This document shows, in pieces, positions 38,406 through 46,935 of a DNA stretch of 64,000 bases (position 1 is its first letter; each line of letters begins with the position of its first letter). This DNA comes from Bdellovibrio sp. GTDB lineage: Bacteria; Bdellovibrionota; Bdellovibrionia; Bdellovibrionales; Bdellovibrionaceae. Made by a program: the position numbers and the translations under genes. The notes under the pieces are model-generated. The model saw only the letters and a program-made list of their open reading frames with translations. It searched no databases and was not told the DNA's origin. The stretch is from assembly GCA_036677065.1 (NCBI GenBank), contig JAKFBS010000004.1:544001-608000 (forward strand), written 5' to 3'.

Positions 38406-38795
38406 ATGAGTTTAGCTATGAGCACACAACCCAGTGTAGAAATTTTGAAAGCGTTTCTTGAAGCCTTTAACCGTCATGACCTTGATGCGATCATGGATTT
38501 TTTCTGTGAAGATTGTATTTTCGATATGCCCCGTGGGCCTGAACCCCAAGGCCGCAGGTATTCTGGTAAAAAAGAAGTGCGCGCAGGTCTTGCGACTCGC
38601 TTTGCCGGCTTACCAGATGTTCACTATGCAAACGACCGTCATTTTGTCAGTGGTCAGCGTGGATGTTCGCAGTGGCTTTTAACCGGAACGCGCCCAAGCG
38701 GCGAACGGGTTACGGTGCAGGGCTGCGATTTACTTGAATTTAAGGGCGATAAGATTTTTCATAAAGACTCGTACTGGAAGCTTGTTGAAAAATAA
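38406..38795 (+). CDS. SnoaL/NTF2-like protein
   Basis: AFNRHDLDAIM, GCDLLEF, KDSYWK. Confidence 0.88.
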   Translation: MSLAMSTQPSVEILKAFLEAFNRHDLDAIMDFFCEDCIFDMPRGPEPQGRRYSGKKEVRAGLATRFAGLPDVHYANDRHFVSGQRGCSQWLLTGTRPSGERVTVQGCDLLEFKGDKIFHKDSYWKLVEK

Positions 38796-38796
38796 T

Positions 38797-39153
38797 TTAA
38801 TCAACAACAGTCGCGCAAACGCCTAAAGCATTTTTTTCGACGTTAGAAATTTCATCGATAATAAAATTTCTCATGTGCGTGATTTGGTTTTCAAGTTCGG
38901 TATGAGTTCTGAAAATATCGCCATTTGTGCAAAGAGTTTTATTTAAATAGCGCAAGTACGAAAAAAGAAATTGTTTCACCTGATCATTATTTTTATTTTG
39001 ATAAGTGTCGACGACGGTACTGATAGATTCAAAGATTTGTTTAACATCTTGTTTTTTTAAAGAAATAGTTTCGCTATTTTTATAGCGGTCAATAAGACCG
39101 TTAATTTGCGTGTAAGCTTTCATTATTTTTTCTGTAACATTTAGTGCTTCCAT
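38797..39153 (-). CDS. Hypothetical helical protein
   Basis: ORF fills the gap; no recognised motif. Confidence 0.5.
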   Translation of the reverse strand: MEALNVTEKIMKAYTQINGLIDRYKNSETISLKKQDVKQIFESISTVVDTYQNKNNDQVKQFLFSYLRYLNKTLCTNGDIFRTHTELENQITHMRNFIIDEISNVEKNALGVCATVVD

Positions 39154-39210
39154 AGGGTTATGTTAGCAACTTGTGTGCAGAGTTCAACTTCATAAGGTCT
39201 AGAAATTAAG

Positions 39211-39579
39211 TTATTTAGTATTCATCAATTTAAGAACGTTGCCGTCTAAATCTTCGAATGCAAGCATGTGACCCCAGTCCTGTTTCGCTTCGCCAAGAAC
39301 TTTTCCACCAGCAAGTTCAATTTTCTTTCTATCAGCAGCAATGTCATCAGAATTAAAAGTAAGAGTTCCGCCACAGTTTTGGCCGTGCGAATCACGAGGA
39401 GTAGTAGGGATGGCTTCGCCTTCAGTCCAGTGTAAACCTAAATTTAGATTTCCAATTGTCATTGTTGACCAGTATTCATGACCATAAGTTTTAGTCATGC
39501 CAAGAGCTTCAGTGTAGAACTTAACGGCGCGGTTCATATCGGTCACGTTGTAATAAAAATCTTTATATCCTGTGATCAT
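39211..39579 (-). CDS. VOC/glyoxalase family protein
   Basis: VTDMNRAVKFYTEALG, WG...FEDLDGNVLKL. Confidence 0.88.
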   Translation of the reverse strand: MITGYKDFYYNVTDMNRAVKFYTEALGMTKTYGHEYWSTMTIGNLNLGLHWTEGEAIPTTPRDSHGQNCGGTLTFNSDDIAADRKKIELAGGKVLGEAKQDWGHMLAFEDLDGNVLKLMNTK

Positions 39580-39581
39580 GG

Positions 39582-40058
39582 TTACTCCTTAAGTTCTACT
39601 TCGTAAATTCCGCGGGCGGCGATTACTTTTTCAAGACTATTAATAGGTCGAACGTCAGTCAATTCCCAAGCGTAATAGCCTGGCTCCCATTTTGTAGCAC
39701 AGGCTGCTGTAATATCAGATTCTTCAAAGGGCCTGACGTTTTTAATTTTAACGAGGGCCACAGGTGTTCCGTCAGGGTCAGTTTCGCCTTCTTGGCGCAG
39801 AAAATTTTTATTCTCGATGATCAGTAAGTCATCAACGAAGCCTTCGGGCGGTAACCAAGACCTGACTTCGATTGTTTTTTCGCCGCGGGCGATTTTGGTT
39901 CCGCTAGGGTAGACGATAGATAGGGCTTTGAACTTTATAACGGGCTTAGGATTGAAGAATTTAAGAAACACATACCAGTAGGCGAAAATGAATAGCGCAA
40001 AGACTGCGACAAAAGCCAGAAAGAAAAATAACATCCACGGTTCAAAGCTTTTCATCAT
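39582..40058 (-). CDS. ASCH-domain protein with N-terminal TM segment
   Basis: ALSI..P....IARGEKTIEVRSW; aromatic hydrophobic N-terminus. Confidence 0.8.
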   Translation of the reverse strand: MMKSFEPWMLFFFLAFVAVFALFIFAYWYVFLKFFNPKPVIKFKALSIVYPSGTKIARGEKTIEVRSWLPPEGFVDDLLIIENKNFLRQEGETDPDGTPVALVKIKNVRPFEESDITAACATKWEPGYYAWELTDVRPINSLEKVIAARGIYEVELKE

Positions 40059-40511
40059 TTAGGGTAAAATTTCTGATTCAGCAGAGATGTCACACTTTGA
40101 GCAAAAGCCATAAAACAACATAGATAGATTTGCCTTTGAAAAATCGTGAATGTCTTTGAGGGCTTTTTCAACTTTTTCAAAAAGTTCAGCATTTCCCTTA
40201 TTCATTTTGCCGCAGGATTTACAGATGTAGTAATGGTGCATTTTTTTGCCAAAAACGTACTGATAGACTTTTCCGACTTTGGGTAAGTCTAGTTCCTGAA
40301 TTAAGCCTAATGAAATAAATTTTTCGATGTTTCTATAAATAGTCGTTCGATCAACATCTTCAATGTGTTTACTTAAATAATCGTACAATTCTTTAATGGG
40401 AACATGGCGACTTTTATTATCTAAAAAAAATTGAATGAGTATTTCTTTAGATGGGGTCATGCGAAGCCCCTTTGACTTTAAGTAAGTGATAAGTTCAGCA
40501 TGTTTTTTCAT
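40059..40511 (-). CDS. Fur-family metalloregulator
   Basis: GLRMTP, DRTTIYRN, HHYYICKSCG, YGFCSKC. Confidence 0.9.
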   Translation of the reverse strand: MKKHAELITYLKSKGLRMTPSKEILIQFFLDNKSRHVPIKELYDYLSKHIEDVDRTTIYRNIEKFISLGLIQELDLPKVGKVYQYVFGKKMHHYYICKSCGKMNKGNAELFEKVEKALKDIHDFSKANLSMLFYGFCSKCDISAESEILP

Positions 40512-40523
40512 AATACACCGTGA

Positions 40524-40545
40524 TTATTGCCTAATGATGCAATAA
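40524..40545. promoter_or_regulatory. Palindromic operator TTATTGC-N8-GCAATAA (candidate Fur-family box)
   Basis: In the 43-bp gap between the divergent Fur-family and YoaK-family genes; second copy at 42166. Confidence 0.65.
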
Positions 40546-40554
40546 CATTTAAGT

Positions 40555-41289
40555 ATGTTTCAACATAAGATAAACGATACAGCAAGCCTTAAAACTTACT
40601 TTGATTGGTTTGTGTTAAGCTTTCTTGCTGGAAGTATTAATACGGGTGGATACCTGGCTTGTCACCGTTTTGTGTCTCATATAACTGGTTTTGCAACGCT
40701 TGCAGGCATCTCGTTTGAGAGGTTAAACCTGCTTGAAGCTTTCGGAACTTTATTAATACCTTTGTTTTTTGTGGCCGGTGTTATGGTATCGGCTTATTTA
40801 ACTGAACGAAAACATGTTCACAAATTGCGGGCGCAAAAATATTCGCCGGTGATGGGATTGGTAGCTCTTTTGCTGGGAGTCGTGGCCTTAGGCGGAAGCC
40901 TTGACTGGTTTGGCCAGTTTGGTGACCCGGCACAAATCAAACATGACTTTACATTACTGGCTTGTCTTTGCGGGGCTTGTGGATTGTTAAACGGGGCAAT
41001 TACTTCGGCTTCTGGTTTTACCATCAGAACGACTCATTTAACCGGGCTTGCTACAGATCTTGGTTTGGGATTAGTGCGTACTAAATTGCACGGTTTAACA
41101 GGTGAAGATAAAGCTCGTGAGACTAAGGCCAATTTATTGCGTATGGGAACAATCATTTCATTTATTGTAGGGTCACTTGCGGGTGCTTTTGTATTTATGC
41201 GCTTTCAATATAAAGGATTTTTATTTCCGATGCTGCTTTCAATTTATTTTTCTTATGTCGCTTATAAGGCTCAAGCGCAAAAGGTTTAA
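40555..41289 (+). CDS. YoaK/DUF1275 membrane protein
   Basis: AGSINTGG, FVSHITG, IRTTHLTGLATDLG. Confidence 0.9.
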   Translation: MFQHKINDTASLKTYFDWFVLSFLAGSINTGGYLACHRFVSHITGFATLAGISFERLNLLEAFGTLLIPLFFVAGVMVSAYLTERKHVHKLRAQKYSPVMGLVALLLGVVALGGSLDWFGQFGDPAQIKHDFTLLACLCGACGLLNGAITSASGFTIRTTHLTGLATDLGLGLVRTKLHGLTGEDKARETKANLLRMGTIISFIVGSLAGAFVFMRFQYKGFLFPMLLSIYFSYVAYKAQAQKV

Positions 41290-41294
41290 ATTTA

Positions 41295-41747
41295 TTAAGA
41301 CTTTTCAGCGATGCGTGCTTTAACTTTTAACAGCGCCAATGACAGCGATATTGACATAAAATCAGAAAATACCGAGTAAATTTTATTGTTATTTTTTATG
41401 TTTGGTAATTTTTGATAAGCCCATTTTTTTTGTTCTTCAGACTCAAAAATATTGATAATAAGCACGTTTTTTCTGGCCTTAGCTTCGGCCAAACATTTTA
41501 AAATTGACCCATACTTATCTTGCAAACACCAATCCAGAATTAGAATATCGAAAATCAGTGCAGACTTGAATATGAGCTTTCCATCCGGAGCCGAGCGTGA
41601 AGTTTGACAAGAGACAAGATCACCAAGAATAAACCGGATCACCGCTTTGATTGATTTATTAGGTGAAATAATTAATGCTTTGGCTCGTTTCTCGGATTTA
41701 CTTATTGGCATATGTTGTATCTGTGCAAAAATTTGATTCAAGCTCAT
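41295..41747 (-). CDS. Degenerate receiver-like protein
   Basis: ALIIS...FDILILDWCL resembles REC beta1/beta3; acidic pocket missing. Confidence 0.45.
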   Translation of the reverse strand: MSLNQIFAQIQHMPISKSEKRAKALIISPNKSIKAVIRFILGDLVSCQTSRSAPDGKLIFKSALIFDILILDWCLQDKYGSILKCLAEAKARKNVLIINIFESEEQKKWAYQKLPNIKNNNKIYSVFSDFMSISLSLALLKVKARIAEKS

Positions 41748-42156
41748 TTAATTTTTGCATTACTAAACGGTCAATGTCTGTGCTTTTCAGATTTTCAGAC
41801 GCAGCTATGACTCGCGATACTGTTTTAATAATATCGTGAAGTTGAACAGAGATACTTTTTTTATGTTTTTTTAACGCAATTTTTTTCTTTTCAACTGCAG
41901 ATAGGTTTTGCATTTCTTTAATTCTATCAGGCTGTATGTAAGGATTGTCTGTGTAAGCGCTGCTAGAGACGGATTTTTTTTGCGCAAGCAGGTTTAATTT
42001 ATTCTCGATGGCCTTAAGCTCTTCCAGACGGGTGAAGAGTATTCGATTGAGAGTTTGAATTCGTTCATTCTTTACCGGAGCCAGTGCGTCACAAACATGC
42101 AACATGTTCAAATAAAGATTTAAATTTCGTAATTGTTCGGTCGTTTCCATTCTCAT
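41698..42156 (-). CDS. Hypothetical coiled-coil protein
   Basis: ORF with helical/heptad composition. Confidence 0.5.
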   Translation of the reverse strand: MRMETTEQLRNLNLYLNMLHVCDALAPVKNERIQTLNRILFTRLEELKAIENKLNLLAQKKSVSSSAYTDNPYIQPDRIKEMQNLSAVEKKKIALKKHKKSISVQLHDIIKTVSRVIAASENLKSTDIDRLVMQKLNELESNFCTDTTYANK

Positions 42157-42165
42157 ATATCATTA

Positions 42166-42187
42166 TTATTGCAATATGTTGCAATAG
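42166..42187. promoter_or_regulatory. Palindromic operator TTATTGC-N8-GCAATAG (second copy)
   Basis: Between divergent genes 42156(-) and 42231(+); same arms and spacing as 40524-40545. Confidence 0.65.
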
Positions 42188-42230
42188 TAAAGACTTGCCA
42201 TGACACGATATTATGGCCTATGAATGAGGA

Positions 42231-42659
42231 GTGAATTATCAATCCAAGTCATTACAAATACCTGTTGAGCTTTTTTATACTAAAAACCATGAGTGGTTAG
42301 CTGTAGATGAGAATGTCGTTACCTTTGGAATTACCGAGCGGGCATCACAAATCTTGGGAGAGATTTTATACGTAGATCTTCCAGATGAAGGCAGCCGTAT
42401 CAATATCGGGTCTCAGGTTGCATCACTTGAAGGTGTTCGCGACATCATGGATTTAATCGCACCGTTCAGTGGTACTGTGCTTGAGATCAATCCGCGGCTT
42501 CTGGAAGACCCGGCTTTAATATCTGATGATGCTTACGGCGAAGGCTGGCTTTTTACGGCTGAATTAGATCATGAAAAAGATCTGGCTCAACTTGTTAGGC
42601 ATTCAGAATACAAACAGCAGTTATTATCGCAAGACAACACTTCTGATGCCACAAAATAG
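42231..42659 (+). CDS. Glycine cleavage H-protein-like, lipoyl Lys replaced by Arg
   Basis: YTKNHEWL, GIT, LGEILYVDLP, APFSGTVLEIN, DAYGEGWLF; LEGVRD where GcvH has ESVKA. Confidence 0.85.
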   Translation: MNYQSKSLQIPVELFYTKNHEWLAVDENVVTFGITERASQILGEILYVDLPDEGSRINIGSQVASLEGVRDIMDLIAPFSGTVLEINPRLLEDPALISDDAYGEGWLFTAELDHEKDLAQLVRHSEYKQQLLSQDNTSDATK

Positions 42660-43014
42660 TGAAAAGCTAAAAATCTATATTCTTAGCTTTAAACCAGATT
42701 TGATAGCGGATGCAATTTCTTATCTAAGCAAAAAAAAATTTGATGTTTTGGTCTTTGAATCGGCAGTAAAACTTATTGAAGCCATGAAAACAATAAAACC
42801 AAAATGTGTGATGTTAAGTTCTGATGCGATAGAAAATTTAGAAGATATTCCTAAAAAGTTAGCCCTTCATTTTAAGGTTCCGGTCGTTGGTTATGTCGAG
42901 CAAGAGAACATGTTATCTCTTATGCGGCTTCATAAAATGCAAACAGAATATAAAATTCGCCCACCGATAACAGGCGCAGCCAGCTATCGGGTGATTCAAA
43001 AAATCATTTCTTAA
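42646..43014 (+). CDS. Degenerate receiver-like protein
   Basis: REC-like alpha/beta pattern (KPKCVMLS, VPVVG, RPP) with no phospho-Asp; overlaps the GcvH-like stop. Confidence 0.5.
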   Translation: MPQNSEKLKIYILSFKPDLIADAISYLSKKKFDVLVFESAVKLIEAMKTIKPKCVMLSSDAIENLEDIPKKLALHFKVPVVGYVEQENMLSLMRLHKMQTEYKIRPPITGAASYRVIQKIIS

Positions 43015-43232
43015 ACTATTTTAACTGAATGATTACCAAAAACCACAACCTGGCCGGCAGTTAACTTTAAGGCTTTTCTAGTTTCGACTTTGCCATTCAC
43101 GCGAACCTGGCCAGCTTCGATAACAGACTTAGCCTGGCCACCAGTTTCACACAGATTGGCGACTTTTAATAAATTTTTTAGTTCGATATGTTCGTGGCCA
43201 TCTAGATCAAATTCGATTTCTTGAAGTTTCAT
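43011..43232 (-). CDS. S4-domain RNA-binding protein (YbcJ/YaaA family)
   Basis: IELKNLLK...TGGQAK..I..GQVRVNGKVETRK. Confidence 0.9.
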   Translation of the reverse strand: MKLQEIEFDLDGHEHIELKNLLKVANLCETGGQAKSVIEAGQVRVNGKVETRKALKLTAGQVVVFGNHSVKIV

Positions 43233-43244
43233 AATATATTATTT

Positions 43245-43952
43245 CTATGTCATTATCTGAACATCTGGAAGTGTACTTATGTGGGTGCGCATTTTCTTAA
43301 GCTGATCTTCACGAGTTTTATTTTCGTCATCAGTAGACAGGGGTGCTAATGCTTTTGCCAAACGTTCGCCTTCGGCCATAGGGCTAGTGTGGTGGCTGAA
43401 AACGTGTTTTAGCTTCATAACATGCGCATAAGCAGTTTCAAATTTTTCAGCTAATATTTTTTTAGCTTCTTGTTTTTGACCCATTTGATAACTGATCCAG
43501 GCCCATGAATAAGAAGACTCGTGTAAGGTATTTTTTAACAGGTCGCGGTTGTCTTTAATTTTTTCAAGGTTGGAATTTGAAAGGGGTTCATCCCAGTTTG
43601 ATTTTTTTTCAATAGCCTGTTGAATGACTGTTGTAACATGATTCAAGGTAATAGCTTTTTCTTTTTCAGCTTTTAAATAGGCAGGAATTTTAAAATCTTT
43701 AACTTCGAAAACGTCTTGCGCTAATAACGATAATTTTAGAATGTTAGTTTCGTTTTCGCTAAGCTTTTCGGTGTTTTGTTTTTTAGTGTAAAAGCTGATA
43801 ACTTCAGAGACCGCAAAAGCTTGCTGCTGCATCGGTGGAGCCAAAGCCATGTCAGCGGCCATTTTAGCGAAAATCGTTTCGCTTGCGAACAACACGACCA
43901 GTAATAATGGTAAAAAAGTTTTTAAGTTCAGCTTATTCTGTGTATAATTCAT
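43245..43952 (-). CDS. Secreted helical hypothetical protein
   Basis: Signal peptide; AWISYQMGQKQEAKKIL TPR-like helix. Confidence 0.6.
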   Translation of the reverse strand: MNYTQNKLNLKTFLPLLLVVLFASETIFAKMAADMALAPPMQQQAFAVSEVISFYTKKQNTEKLSENETNILKLSLLAQDVFEVKDFKIPAYLKAEKEKAITLNHVTTVIQQAIEKKSNWDEPLSNSNLEKIKDNRDLLKNTLHESSYSWAWISYQMGQKQEAKKILAEKFETAYAHVMKLKHVFSHHTSPMAEGERLAKALAPLSTDDENKTREDQLKKMRTHISTLPDVQIMT

Positions 43953-44067
43953 GCTGTATCCCCGAGTGTTATAACTTAAATGCTAACTTTACTTGAGCAG
44001 GTTTGTAAACATGATAAATATTGCGACACAGCTAGATCATTTTCGCGCGATCGTGTTGCGCCTGACT

Positions 44068-45108
44068 ATGAAGAGCAGCTATTTGCGTGAAATTTACTGT
44101 GACCGTTCATATCGCCTTAGCTTAAGTTATATTTTATTAAGCGCCATTTACCTGTTCTTAAGTTTGAAATACTCGGTCGTTCTTTTGGTCTTAGGGCCTC
44201 TGCTGCTAGGATACCCGCACTTAGTGGCAAGCTATCGCTTCGTGCAAAAATCAGCTTCTGGATTGTCTGTGCGCTTACAAACAACGGCCGTTTTTCGTTT
44301 TTTTATTTTTTTAACGGCAAGTTCTTTGTTTATTCGGTTTGCGTTACCAAAGTTTATAAACTTACCGCAACTACCTTATGGCGCTTGGGAAATCTTGTTA
44401 TCATTATCGGTGTTAGCTATCGTAAAAATAAAGCTAACTTCAGTTTTTGATGTGTTGGTCGCAACAATGACCTTATTGCTAACAGCAGGGGTTTTAAGTT
44501 TAGCCTGGCATGACCCGCTGGCTTTTGTAGGCATTGCTTTAATTTTTCATAATTGGGTGGCGTTCGGGCATTGGTTTTTTGCCGCAAAAGATTATAAAAA
44601 TAGGGCCGTGGCATTTTCGGCGCTCTTGATCTTTGCGCTGATTCATTTTGTGGTGCTATTAGGTTATTTCGATACCGCAATTTCATTTCCCGAAATTAGT
44701 TTTCTTTCTGAACAGTCATTTGGCGTACGCGGTTGGGTCTTAGCACCCTGGACATCCGATGAAATGATATGGAACCGAATCATCGTTTTATATACCTTCG
44801 GTTTGTCAGTGCATTATTTTATCTGGCTTCGGGCGATTCCGCAGTGTTTAGATGAAAAATCTGTGCCGAATTCATTTCGCAATAGTTTGCGACAGCTGCG
44901 TAAAGACTGTGGGCCGAAAACGACAAGTGCTCTTTTGCTGGTGGGGGCAGTGGTTGGTTTAGCTATGTGGTTTCACACGGCCCTTGCCGGCCGAATCTAT
45001 TTCGGGATCGCGATGTTGCATGGTTGGGTCGAGATGGTGTTTTTGATGATCGCATTGAGCTCATATTTTTTGAAATTATCACTTCGTACTGCGCCACGAA
45101 CGAATTGA
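44068..45108 (+). CDS. His-rich polytopic membrane protein (possible membrane metalloenzyme)
   Basis: GYPHL, FHNW, SVHYFIWL, LHGWVE within TM helices; start uncertain (43993-44068). Confidence 0.6.
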   Translation: MKSSYLREIYCDRSYRLSLSYILLSAIYLFLSLKYSVVLLVLGPLLLGYPHLVASYRFVQKSASGLSVRLQTTAVFRFFIFLTASSLFIRFALPKFINLPQLPYGAWEILLSLSVLAIVKIKLTSVFDVLVATMTLLLTAGVLSLAWHDPLAFVGIALIFHNWVAFGHWFFAAKDYKNRAVAFSALLIFALIHFVVLLGYFDTAISFPEISFLSEQSFGVRGWVLAPWTSDEMIWNRIIVLYTFGLSVHYFIWLRAIPQCLDEKSVPNSFRNSLRQLRKDCGPKTTSALLLVGAVVGLAMWFHTALAGRIYFGIAMLHGWVEMVFLMIALSSYFLKLSLRTAPRTN

Positions 45109-45173
45109 GCTTGTTTACGCAGACCTTTGGCTCTGGATCTTGTATATGTCACACATAAGGCTACCATAAAGAG

Positions 45174-45410
45174 ATGAAAGTCTTTAAATCGCTGATCGAA
45201 AACACCTCTATTTTTTTAGTCTGCGAAGACTCTTCTGGTAACGTCTATCAATCAAAAATTCTGATTAGTAGTGAAGCCGATTATTCGGCCATGTTGGGTC
45301 GTTTAAAAATGCGTCGCGATGAAAAAGTTATGCTCGATAATAACCTTACAACGGCAGATATGGTTTATGTTTCGCTTTCGCGCCGAATCGCCAATCGTAT
45401 TAAGAAATAA
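45174..45410 (+). CDS. Small hypothetical protein
   Basis: 78-aa ORF filling the gap. Confidence 0.45.
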   Translation: MKVFKSLIENTSIFLVCEDSSGNVYQSKILISSEADYSAMLGRLKMRRDEKVMLDNNLTTADMVYVSLSRRIANRIKK

Positions 45411-45461
45411 AAATTAATATATAAGTTTACGCATATAGATGCGGGGCTTTAGCAATAACTA

Positions 45462-46256
45462 CTAAGGCACGGGCTGTTGACATAGGTTTGTAAATTGGTG
45501 CATGAACTTTTCATGAAAAGCTTCTTCGATCGAGTACATTCCTGACTTTTTGTTCGCTAGCCATTTTGCAGCGTAAATTCCACCTGCACCGAATGCGCCC
45601 CTGTCGGTTGACTCATGAACTAGGGTTATTGTTTGGTTTTTTAATCCAAAAATGACTTCGTGTTTTCCGACAAGGCTACCAACTCTAATAGAATTAACTT
45701 TTTTCGAAGAATCAAGATTTAACTGTTGTGCAATTTTCAGCGCAGTACCTGAAACTTCTTTTTTTTCTCTGAAATGCTGTTCGATAATTTCTATATCAGC
45801 TTCGGGGATGATTTTTTTTAATACTTTAGAAGCAATAATCAACCAGTTAATGCCTAAAGTAATATTCGGAGAATGTAGCAGTGCTGTTTTTTTTGCTGCT
45901 TGTGTTAGTAAATCAAATTCTTTTTCGCTATACTTTGAAATCGCGCTTACAATTTTAATTCCATTTGAGGCTATCAGATCGTAACATTCAACAGCTGTGC
46001 TTGATGAAAAATCAATAAGTACATCGATTGGATTTGCTGCTAAAAAGTCTTTAGTTAGCTCTTCATGCATGATGAACGGTGCAAACTCTGATTTATGCCC
46101 GAGAGCTTGGCTTGCAAATTTAATTTCTTCTGAGCGTCGCTTTCTGCAAACCCATTTTAAGTTGAGTGTGCTGTCTTGAATGATTTCTTTAGCAACAAGG
46201 CTACCGGTGCGCCCAAAGCCTAACAATCCAATATTGATTGATGGAACAGATTTCAT
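45462..46256 (-). CDS. Dihydrodipicolinate reductase (DapB)-like oxidoreductase, divergent active site
   Basis: GFGRTG, IDFS, SPNITLG, EQHFREKKEVSGTA, SIRVG..VGKHEVIFG, RGAFGAG. Confidence 0.8.
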   Translation of the reverse strand: MKSVPSINIGLLGFGRTGSLVAKEIIQDSTLNLKWVCRKRRSEEIKFASQALGHKSEFAPFIMHEELTKDFLAANPIDVLIDFSSSTAVECYDLIASNGIKIVSAISKYSEKEFDLLTQAAKKTALLHSPNITLGINWLIIASKVLKKIIPEADIEIIEQHFREKKEVSGTALKIAQQLNLDSSKKVNSIRVGSLVGKHEVIFGLKNQTITLVHESTDRGAFGAGGIYAAKWLANKKSGMYSIEEAFHEKFMHQFTNLCQQPVP

Positions 46257-46267
46257 ATTTTATTAAC

Positions 46268-46684
46268 TTACTTTGTTGGTTTGCTGGTATCTTTAGGCGT
46301 GCAGGCATAGCCAGCATTTTCTAAATTGTGACGTATGTTTTGATTCACTTTTTCACAATATGTTAGTCCGTGTTTTGACCATGCGATTGGTTCAGATTTG
46401 CTGTGATTTGAGTACCACAGTTTGCAACCTGCCGGCGCCGTCAATTCAATATGGATATTGCGAACTTCATTGTTAGCTTTGCAATCGTAGGCATCAACTT
46501 TGGGCCAGTTCTGCATAGATTTAGTTGAACTCTGTTGAGCTGAATCTGATTTAGTTGCTTCAACGGCAGGGGGAGGGGTTGATGTCGCTGTTTTACCAGT
46601 TCCGTCATTCGTGTTCGACAGTGTCTTACCGGCACAACTAGAAAGAACAACCACAAAAAACAAAGTCAATACCGAATGAAACAT
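46268..46684 (-). CDS. Lipoprotein with S/T/P linker and four-Cys domain
   Basis: Lipobox LSSC; GGAGG RBS; C...C...C...LENAGYAC. Confidence 0.75.
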   Translation of the reverse strand: MFHSVLTLFFVVVLSSCAGKTLSNTNDGTGKTATSTPPPAVEATKSDSAQQSSTKSMQNWPKVDAYDCKANNEVRNIHIELTAPAGCKLWYSNHSKSEPIAWSKHGLTYCEKVNQNIRHNLENAGYACTPKDTSKPTK

Positions 46685-46832
46685 TTATCCTCCAATTTTT
46701 AGAATTATTAATTCACCTTGTATTGCTTCGATAAACTAAGCAACTCCGACTGACTAGCCGCAACAGTTGTCTATGATGATTTAAATTAGCAATGATTTCA
46801 GTTGGTTACCGCAACAAAAAATTTTTCACCTA

Positions 46833-46862
46833 TCTAAAGATAAACTATAATTTATCTTTAGA
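46833..46862. promoter_or_regulatory. 12-bp perfect inverted repeat in a divergent promoter region
   Basis: TCTAAAGATAAA-N6-TTTATCTTTAGA. Confidence 0.5.
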
Positions 46863-46935
46863 ATTAAAAAATAATATCTTTGTCTAGAGTGTGATTATAG
46901 TTGTTCTTCCGAAAAAAAAAGGACAATTTTAGTTT

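Noticed and set aside
42231..42659. Functional gcvH
   Set aside because: The lipoyl-lysine is replaced by Arg and no gcvT/gcvP is adjacent; symbol withheld.
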